A DNA stretch of 64,000 bases from an uncultured Gammaproteobacteria bacterium (GTDB lineage: Bacteria; Patescibacteriota; Microgenomatia; UBA8517), in the NCBI GenBank assembly GCA_964427735.1, contig CAYRUS010000001.1:290173-354172 (forward strand), written 5' to 3'. The notes beneath the pieces were generated by a model, which saw only the letters and a list, made by a program, of their open reading frames with translations, made no database searches and was not told the origin of the DNA. Below, one piece after another: positions 57,316 through 64,000 of the stretch. Made by a program: the position numbers and the translations under genes. Numbering within the stretch: the stretch's first letter is position 1; every line of letters begins with the position of its first letter.

Positions 57316-57852
57316 ATGACTAAGGCACGAATTCGCATAATCGGTCCTTCAGGAAGTGGGAAATCTACTCTTGCTAAAGCATTATCTAAAAAATTAAAAA
57401 TAAAGTGCTATGCACTGGACAATATCTGTTTTGAACATCTCCCAAACAAGAAAAGAAGGGTACTTGAAAAAGATGAGTATATAAATAAATTATTGAATAT
57501 TATCAAGAAAGACTCTTGGATAATTGAGGGACTTCAGCCTGTTGAAGAGGTTTTTGAGAGTAGTGATGTTATCATTTGGTTAAAACCTGCCGTTTTTGTA
57601 TCCCTATACAGACAGTGGAAAAGGTTTTTACAGGATAGTCAACAACGAAACCAATATGGATTTACGAACAATGTAAAATTGTCCATGTACATACTGAGAC
57701 AGTATTACGGCAAACCTACAGATGAATCTGATCCCAAAAAAACATGGATTAAAAGCGTCAATAAGATTTTGGAAAGATATAAAAACAAATTAGTGATTAT
57801 CGAGGAAAGTTCAGTGAATACTGATGATTTATATACACTTTTAACAGCTTAA
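57316..57852 (+). CDS. P-loop kinase-like protein (FlaR/adenylate kinase-related)
   Basis: GPSGSGKST, LD, WIIEG, D.II.L. Confidence 0.82.
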   Translation: MTKARIRIIGPSGSGKSTLAKALSKKLKIKCYALDNICFEHLPNKKRRVLEKDEYINKLLNIIKKDSWIIEGLQPVEEVFESSDVIIWLKPAVFVSLYRQWKRFLQDSQQRNQYGFTNNVKLSMYILRQYYGKPTDESDPKKTWIKSVNKILERYKNKLVIIEESSVNTDDLYTLLTA

Positions 57853-57909
57853 GTTTAGACAGTTATCAGTCTATATTTTAGATTATTACTGTGAAAGAAG
57901 TCGATAAAA

Positions 57910-58269
57910 TCACTTAATATAATACTTTCCTTCAACTCCGTGCTTAGCAAACAAATCTCCATAAATCATAATTTTCGTTGGAAAGTTTGAGTATTTTGTT
58001 TTCAAAGCCGCTGCTGCATGTTCAGGAAGAATTGAGTCTAATACTGTTGAGATATCTACTAACTTATCTCTTAACAAAGTAGTCTGTTCCAATGGTAATT
58101 GGTTTGGTTCTCTAACCCATACTGATAAAAATAGCTAGGTACTTCCAAACCTTGGAACCTTCAAATCAAATTTAAATATTACTAAACATTGAACATCCGA
58201 TTCTGGAACAGTTAATGGCAAACCGTTATTATGAGAAAATGAGTGGTGTATCTATTTATATTGTGACAT
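57910..58269 (-). pseudogene. Interrupted 120-codon frame with two in-frame TAG codons
   Basis: ATG at 58269, TAG at 58254-58252 and 58137-58135, final TGA at 57912-57910. Confidence 0.35.
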
Positions 58270-58487
58270 AATATATTTTCTATCATCCACGATTACTTTA
58301 TTCGAACTCGTACTTATAATCTCCGAAGTTTTCTTTCTAAGTTCTTTATACTTTACTCTAATAAAGCTCAGTGGTAATTCTTTTCTGATGTTTTTTAAGT
58401 TTAATTTTACCTTACACTTGAGATGCTAGTATACTTTTAACCCATCCTTTGGCGATACTATACCGTATTTGATATAATACCTTCACT

Positions 58488-58916
58488 ATGGGCATTGAGA
58501 AAGAAAACAAGGAATTAGAAGGATCTCCCTTGGATCTTTATGTGGAATTAATAATTCCAGATGAGTTTATCGATAGCACGAATGTTGGTATACACATAGG
58601 AGGATCTTCTCCTAAAGGGCAGTATTCGTTCTCTCTACCAGAAAACACTAGTGACCCAGATCCTGATGAGATAAAAAGGAGGATAATAGAAAGAAAACCA
58701 GTTTATGTCAGTCTTCCCGATGTTGAAGAAGGGAGTGTTTTGTTTATTGCCTTTTCAGGTATAAGATATAATTTACGATCACACACTCAAATAGGTATTG
58801 TTGCAAAATCATATGAATTCAGAGATGGTGCTTGGCGAGAAAATCCCGTTTTAGCTTTTAATTCCAACGATGGCCCTTTTAAAAACGCCTCACCTCAAGT
58901 AAATATCTATCGCTAG
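58488..58916 (+). CDS. Hypothetical protein
   Basis: 142-aa ORF with upstream TATAAT. Confidence 0.6.
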   Translation: MGIEKENKELEGSPLDLYVELIIPDEFIDSTNVGIHIGGSSPKGQYSFSLPENTSDPDPDEIKRRIIERKPVYVSLPDVEEGSVLFIAFSGIRYNLRSHTQIGIVAKSYEFRDGAWRENPVLAFNSNDGPFKNASPQVNIYR

Positions 58917-58948
58917 ATTTAATTAAAAAATAGTACAATAATAACTAC

Positions 58949-59383
58949 ATGAGACAACTCCTGACAACTCTAGTAAATTCATTACGCCTTTTATTTTATT
59001 TAATTATCTTTGTAATCATTGCCGCATACACACCGTTTCTGCTTGACTCGCTCGGATTGATCAAAAGAACTACAGAATGGCAAATAGGTTTTATGTATAT
59101 TACCCTCTCTACTTGGTCAGGCTTGGCTATCGGCAAAGAATTATACAAAACAGGAAAAATAGAATACGGAATATTTGGACGTAGTATGCTTTTTTGGATT
59201 TCCATGGTTGCCTATTTTATTAATTTAATTGGAAATTGGTTTGGTTTAATGAACAAGTATAAATTTGGTGATTTTAATTTTTTAAAGCAGAATTTACTAT
59301 CGTATGTAGTGGGGCTGACAAGTACTTCTTCGATAATTGCCCTTGCTTGGTACCTTTTAGAAAATTACAATTTCCGTTGGTAA
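58949..59383 (+). CDS. Hypothetical membrane protein
   Basis: About four hydrophobic segments. Confidence 0.6.
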   Translation: MRQLLTTLVNSLRLLFYLIIFVIIAAYTPFLLDSLGLIKRTTEWQIGFMYITLSTWSGLAIGKELYKTGKIEYGIFGRSMLFWISMVAYFINLIGNWFGLMNKYKFGDFNFLKQNLLSYVVGLTSTSSIIALAWYLLENYNFRW

Positions 59384-59574
59384 GTAGTAAAAAAATGATA
59401 ACAAAGATTAATACTTAGTAGCACTTATTGGTATGGAAGAAGCTAAAGAAGTAGAAGGAAAGCTTCCCAAGACTGTCCCTAATTCATCTGAAAAGCCGAG
59501 TTGCTATTAATGGAGTACTTTTAATATCAAAAGAAGAAAAACCCATTTGATCCAATAATTCATTTTTAATCTTT

Positions 59575-60759
59575 TTAGGCGAAATGCTTCTTTGTTTTTT
59601 CTTTGGTAACTCCACTCCTTTTTCTTTGTTTTTCTATTAATGTGGTTAACTCCTGTATCCCGTCTAGGAACTTTCTTTTCTTTGCTTTTGCAATCAAGGG
59701 CTCCCCTGCAACAGGTGTTACAATCATTGTTGTGTTAAATACAGTAATTTCTTCTACTGCATTTTTAGGTCCTTTTGTGGCAATTTCAATTTTTTCAACT
59801 TCCATTCGCTCTTGCAATTTCCTGCCAAATTTTTCTAAATATTCTATGGATTTTTCAAATTCTTTACTACTTACAGATTCAGGTTTTTTAATAATAAATG
59901 GGATATCTTCCTGTGGCTGCAAAGCTGTAACTGCTTGCAAAATATCTCTTGTGGAATAAAACCCGGTAGGTTTGCGATATTTATCAACTAAAACAATAGT
60001 GTTATGAGAAGAATTAATTAAGTGAGCAATTATTTTTTCTTTAGGTGTGGTATCGGGCAAGGAGCCAACTAAAGATGTGTAATATTTTCGTACAGGTTCG
60101 TCTTTTCTAAACTTTTTCTCCCCTGCCAATGAATAATAGCCTGCTTGAGATCCTTCTCCGGGAAATCTCATTTTTGGGGTAGGTTTGATAAGTACATCCA
60201 TTAAGTCACTCCTGGATACAATCCCTGCTAAGACTCCTTCGTCATCGACAAGTATCATTCTAGAAACACCACTTTTTTTGAGGTCATTAAAAACATCTTT
60301 TACAGAAGCAGTAATTGGGGCAGTTATTGGAGTTGATGATCTAACTTCACTGCTAACAAACCGTAGCAGAGTAGGATTATCTACTATTTCATTAAAAATA
60401 TCTCTAGCATGAATTGTGCCTTGTAAATCCCCATCATTGCTAAATACTGGCAGTACATATATCTTTGCAGCTAACATATGCTCTGCTACTTCGTATAGTG
60501 GTGTGTCTGGAGTAATAAACGGAGGTTTAAAAGCAATAGATGATACTTTGGTTGTGTATGGATAATTACTAGAATAAAGCGTTTTGTATGGTGAAACTAA
60601 ACCCAAAAATTTATTGTCTTCATCAAAAATAAAGACTGCTTCGTGGCTTGAACCAACTAATGAAAGCACACTGCCTAAAGTGCTATTTCCCTTACTTTTC
60701 AATGCGGATTCAAGTGGTGAAATATATTTTTTTATAGAAAGATCTTGGATACTTGGCAT
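59575..60759 (-). CDS. Multi-CBS-domain protein with C-terminal HPF/RaiA-like domain
   Basis: CBS motifs (LGLVS, LQGTIHARD, LAGIVSRSD, PTGFYSTRD) plus a basic ~90-aa tail ending LIEKQRKR. Confidence 0.8.
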   Translation of the reverse strand: MPSIQDLSIKKYISPLESALKSKGNSTLGSVLSLVGSSHEAVFIFDEDNKFLGLVSPYKTLYSSNYPYTTKVSSIAFKPPFITPDTPLYEVAEHMLAAKIYVLPVFSNDGDLQGTIHARDIFNEIVDNPTLLRFVSSEVRSSTPITAPITASVKDVFNDLKKSGVSRMILVDDEGVLAGIVSRSDLMDVLIKPTPKMRFPGEGSQAGYYSLAGEKKFRKDEPVRKYYTSLVGSLPDTTPKEKIIAHLINSSHNTIVLVDKYRKPTGFYSTRDILQAVTALQPQEDIPFIIKKPESVSSKEFEKSIEYLEKFGRKLQERMEVEKIEIATKGPKNAVEEITVFNTTMIVTPVAGEPLIAKAKKRKFLDGIQELTTLIEKQRKRSGVTKEKTKKHFA

Positions 60760-60827
60760 CTTCAAACACTATAGCATTCTAAAGTAAGAAATGGGTAAGT
60801 ATAAGAAGAAGGTTTGTTAAATAATGA

Positions 60828-60883
60828 AATATCGATATTTTTAGATATATCGCTTGACTGTATATCGTATGTCGATATATAAT
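60828..60883 (+). promoter_or_regulatory. PadR promoter with operator palindromes
   Basis: TTGACT-N18-TATAAT with TATATCG-N5-CGATATA in the spacer; AAATATCGATATTT palindrome upstream. Confidence 0.7.
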
Positions 60884-60889
60884 TCCCTC

Positions 60890-61225
60890 ATGAGTGATTT
60901 ATCTAGATCAGAATTTTATATTCTACTTTCCCTTGCCATAAAGGAAAGGCACGGGTATGAGATTATGAAGCAAGTAAAAAAAGACTCAGGAAAAAAGGTA
61001 ATTCTTGGACCAGGTACTTTGTATGGGTCTATTAAAAGAATGCTTGAGTCAAATTTAATAAAAGAAGTTAAAGGAGGTAATCCAAGACGAAAATATTACA
61101 CTCTTACAGAAAAAGGCAAAAAATCATTATCTTCAGAACTTGCTCGTTACAACGACGCAGTTCAATTGGCTAAAGAGAACAATCTATTCAAAAATTTAGG
61201 ACTGGTTAAGTTAGCAATATCCTAA
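60890..61225 (+). CDS. PadR family transcriptional regulator
   Basis: HGYEIM, GPGTLY..I.RM, RRKYY.LT..G. Confidence 0.93.
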   Translation: MSDLSRSEFYILLSLAIKERHGYEIMKQVKKDSGKKVILGPGTLYGSIKRMLESNLIKEVKGGNPRRKYYTLTEKGKKSLSSELARYNDAVQLAKENNLFKNLGLVKLAIS

Positions 61226-61226
61226 T

Positions 61227-61757
61227 ATGAAATCTGTAATTCATTTATCTGAGCGAATTTACAATGTTTTTTTGAAATTCTATCCTCTCTCCTATAGAAA
61301 CAGATTTGGAGATGAAATGAAGTATGTGTACTCAGAATCCATCAAAGATGCATACCAGGAAGATGGTGAAAAAGGTCTAATTTATTTTTGGTTTATTTCA
61401 TTAGTTGATGGAATCAAAAGCTTATTTATACAACATCTGGAAAATGAGAAAGGAGGTGAAAATATGAAAAAAGACATAATAATGCAAAACAAAGTCTTTT
61501 TTTGGCTTGCAGTAACCACTGTTTTGATACTTTCTATTCCTTTTATTGCTATGCAATTTGATACTGGAGTTAATTGGTCATCTGGTGATTTTGTAGTGAT
61601 GGGAGTAATGATATTTGGGTTTGGTAGTTTATTTGTGATTGTAGCAAGATTGATACCTGTCAAATACAGGGCACTTGCAGCTTTTATTTGTGTAGCAGCA
61701 TTTTTGTGGTTGTGGGTTGAACTGGCAGTAGGACTTTTTACAAACTGGGGTAGCTGA
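61227..61757 (+). CDS. PadR-associated membrane protein
   Basis: N-terminal YP..YR.RFG.EM motif; three C-terminal TMs. Confidence 0.78.
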   Translation: MKSVIHLSERIYNVFLKFYPLSYRNRFGDEMKYVYSESIKDAYQEDGEKGLIYFWFISLVDGIKSLFIQHLENEKGGENMKKDIIMQNKVFFWLAVTTVLILSIPFIAMQFDTGVNWSSGDFVVMGVMIFGFGSLFVIVARLIPVKYRALAAFICVAAFLWLWVELAVGLFTNWGS

Positions 61758-61898
61758 TTAATAATCGGATAGTTAATATACCCAATACTATAAAAAAGCT
61801 GAGGATGATACCAGCGAGAAAATTAAAGAGTGGTGAAGGAACTGAAGTTTTGGTAGAAATGAATGTAATCTAAAAACACGTTGAAAAGTTATAGGTCG

Positions 61899-62351
61899 TT
61901 ATTCTTGGCTTTTCATTCCATAATAAGGGCCGCTTGGTTCTGATTGATACCTTGGATGTTTTCTATTCATCTTATGTCCTTTACCGTGTATAACTTCTGC
62001 TTTTTCCTTATCAAACCCCATTGCGTTAGCAATTGACACCTTACTATATGGTTCCCAATGCCCAACATATCTTAATTCATAGACTTTTCCGTCATCACCT
62101 CTATGAAACGATCTATTGATATTTCTACCATCATAAACAAATACATCTGTAAATTCATCATGCTCCCAAGGTTCCGAGAGTATATTAAATTCCACACCTG
62201 TTTCACCACTGCGTAGTTCCGACCGTACTTTTCGCAATTCTTTATTTGCCTTACTTACTCTAGCCGATAAGTTATTTGGAAGAATCTCGGCTGGAACCCC
62301 TCTCCAACCCTGTGTATAATATACTTTCTCTTTTTCTATTCCTATACTCAT
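61899..62351 (-). CDS. Hypothetical protein
   Basis: 150-aa ORF. Confidence 0.6.
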   Translation of the reverse strand: MSIGIEKEKVYYTQGWRGVPAEILPNNLSARVSKANKELRKVRSELRSGETGVEFNILSEPWEHDEFTDVFVYDGRNINRSFHRGDDGKVYELRYVGHWEPYSKVSIANAMGFDKEKAEVIHGKGHKMNRKHPRYQSEPSGPYYGMKSQE

Positions 62352-62525
62352 ATTAAATTTAAGAAATCACACAACAACTATGGGTATGTGTCAACAGCGT
62401 TTAGTTCTCATTTAAATTATTTACTCGTACATAATTTTGATTTAGGAGTCTAATGAACTTTTGCTAATATACGTCATCAAATGTTGTCATAATTACAAAC
62501 CTGTAGTATAATACTATAGTAAATT

Positions 62526-62720
62526 ATGATTATTACTTATGACAACCTAATTACTTTCTATTTTACCTTTTTGGGGGCAACTGTCTTTGCAAATATAGTT
62601 GCTGTTATTTTTAAGAACTTACTAGTATTTATATATGAAATCGTTCCTAAAATTAATCAATACGTACTAGATACAGATATGAGATTTTTAGATTTAAATA
62701 TATTAGCTAAGAGAAAATGA
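62526..62720 (+). CDS. Small membrane protein
   Basis: 64 aa with one TM; ATGA overlap with the next gene. Confidence 0.5.
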   Translation: MIITYDNLITFYFTFLGATVFANIVAVIFKNLLVFIYEIVPKINQYVLDTDMRFLDLNILAKRK

Positions 62721-63340
62721 AGATTGATACAATAAAAAGTGCATTTACTATAAGTATTTGGGGTGCGATAATTTTGATGACGCTACTGTTTTCTGGAGTC
62801 ATTTATGCTAGTAGCATTGAGACTCTTTATAGTATGGATCTTCCTTACGTGAATTCGCTAAACTCACAAAACACCACAAGTCTTCTACCAGCAAATTTTG
62901 AAAACCAACCTGAGTTTACTAGCTTAAATGGTAATCCTCTAGGTGATTATGGAAAACCTGTGTCTCTCTATTTACCATCAGTTAGTAGACGTTTAGAGAT
63001 AGTTCCATTAATTACTAAGGATAATAGTATTCTACTCAGACCAAACAATGTACATTACACAATAGAAAGCAAGGACAATATAGCAAACACTTATCTATTT
63101 ATGAATTCCTCTTGGAGGGCTGTAAACAATCCCGAAGAAATAAAAAATGGTTCTTATATTTATATCGATACCCAACGAGAATGGCGATACATATTTGAAA
63201 TCGTAGATTCTATAAAATTACCAACAGAGTTTGACTATACACTACCAAAAACTGACAACTCGCAACTATTATTGATTATAAAAAAAGACACTGAGCTATA
63301 CATTTTTAGATCAGTATATCGAAATATAATATCAAAGTAA
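62717..63340 (+). CDS. Sortase-fold-like protein lacking catalytic His/Cys
   Basis: TM anchor, P.SL..PS, V.HY, G..I.I, Y.F.I, LLLI spaced like sortases; no TLxTC. Confidence 0.5.
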   Translation: MKIDTIKSAFTISIWGAIILMTLLFSGVIYASSIETLYSMDLPYVNSLNSQNTTSLLPANFENQPEFTSLNGNPLGDYGKPVSLYLPSVSRRLEIVPLITKDNSILLRPNNVHYTIESKDNIANTYLFMNSSWRAVNNPEEIKNGSYIYIDTQREWRYIFEIVDSIKLPTEFDYTLPKTDNSQLLLIIKKDTELYIFRSVYRNIISK

Positions 63341-63341
63341 T

Positions 63342-64000
63342 ATGAGTACACCATTTGAACTAATGCGAAATCTAGCTTTCTTTTTTGCAACAGTAATGTT
63401 GTTAAAATACTTTATATTCTTGATGGTTGCACCTTTTTACCAAGTACAAGAGTATATTAGAAGGTTGAAAATTAAAGACACAAAACCTTATTGGGAACCG
63501 TTAGTCACAATAATTATACCCGCCTGGAACGAAGAAATAGGAATTAAAAAAAGCATAACATCATTAATTAATAACACTTATAAAAATATAGAAATTATAG
63601 CGGTTAACGATGGATCCACAGATAACACAGAAAAAGTCATAAAGAAAATTAAAGACAAACGCTTAAGATACATTAAAAAACAAAAAGCTGGCAAGGGTTC
63701 AGCCCTTAACGAAGGGATAAAATATGCACGTGGAGAAATTATTGTAACAATGGATGCTGATTCGGCTTTTGATAAAAATGCAATAAATAATATTGTAAAT
63801 TACTTTAAAGACGGTAATGTTGATGCTCTAGTAGGAAACGTAAAAATAGCTAATGGTGCAGGGGTGCTTGGCCTAATCCAAAAATTAGAGTACATGTTTG
63901 GCTTTTATTTCAAAAAAGCACATCATATTTTTGGGGCTGAATATATTTTTGGAGGAGCCTGTGCTGCATTCAGGAAAAAAACAACTTTTGAAAAATTTGG
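63342..64000 (+). CDS. Processive GT2 glycosyltransferase (PgaC/cellulose synthase-like), partial
   Basis: Translated by hand: TM, IIPAWNEE, VNDGSTDNT, GKGSALN.G, MDAD; runs off the window. Confidence 0.9.
   Translation, partial: MSTPFELMRNLAFFFATVMLLKYFIFLMVAPFYQVQEYIRRLKIKDTKPYWEPLVTIIIPAWNEEIGIKKSITSLINNTYKNIEIIAVNDGSTDNTEKVIKKIKDKRLRYIKKQKAGKGSALNEGIKYARGEIIVTMDADSAFDKNAINNIVNYFKDGNVDALVGNVKIANGAGVLGLIQKLEYMFGFYFKKAHHIFGAEYIFGGACAAFRKKTTFEKF

Noticed and set aside
44672-59500. attR duplicate of the tRNA-Gln 3' end closing the island
   Set aside because: No copy found by eye within the window
721-60787. Many 60-130 aa antisense or overlapping ORFs in the track
   Set aside because: Shadows of well-supported genes on the opposite strand or frame; no motifs
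1-64000. CRISPR array, cas genes, prophage, integrase, transposase or rRNA
   Set aside because: No regularly spaced repeats or recognisable proteins or rRNA of these kinds seen
1-64000. Genetic code 25 (TGA=Gly) as in Gracilibacteria
   Set aside because: Core genes are full length in code 11 and several end in TGA at the expected position, including lysS

Overview
AT-rich bacterial chromosome segment read in standard code 11. Compact genes, gene content and protein style suggest a Patescibacteria/CPR organism, probably Microgenomates-like (inference). 1-44 kb is mostly core genes: rarA, serS, lysS, greA, lon, truB, obgE, msrA, a CdaA-YbbR diadenylate cyclase, an undecaprenyl-phosphate/L,D-transpeptidase cluster, several lytic transglycosylases, an ECF sigma/anti-sigma pair and tRNA-Glu. 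From tRNA-Gln (44.6 kb) to about 59 kb the region looks accessory: a redox/detox cassette, an hsdM remnant, an Erm-like methyltransferase, a glycosylation cluster and a 55-bp direct repeat. The best leads are non-coding or tiny and were missed by the ORF track: (1) two leader-peptide attenuators flanking greA, one with a KKK peptide upstream of the lysS unit; (2) a ~250-nt structured RNA closed by a tRNA-like acceptor/T-arm; (3) a ~305-bp hairpin+GIY-YIG element inserted in tRNA-Gln that rebuilds the tRNA 5' end; (4) a ~70-nt sRNA defined by promoter and U-tract; (5) an ECF-sigma-driven transcript with a Shine-Dalgarno but no start codon; (6) a CBS+HPF-like protein resembling archaeal ribosome hibernation factors. 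All calls come from reading motifs and base-pairing by eye; no searches were run.
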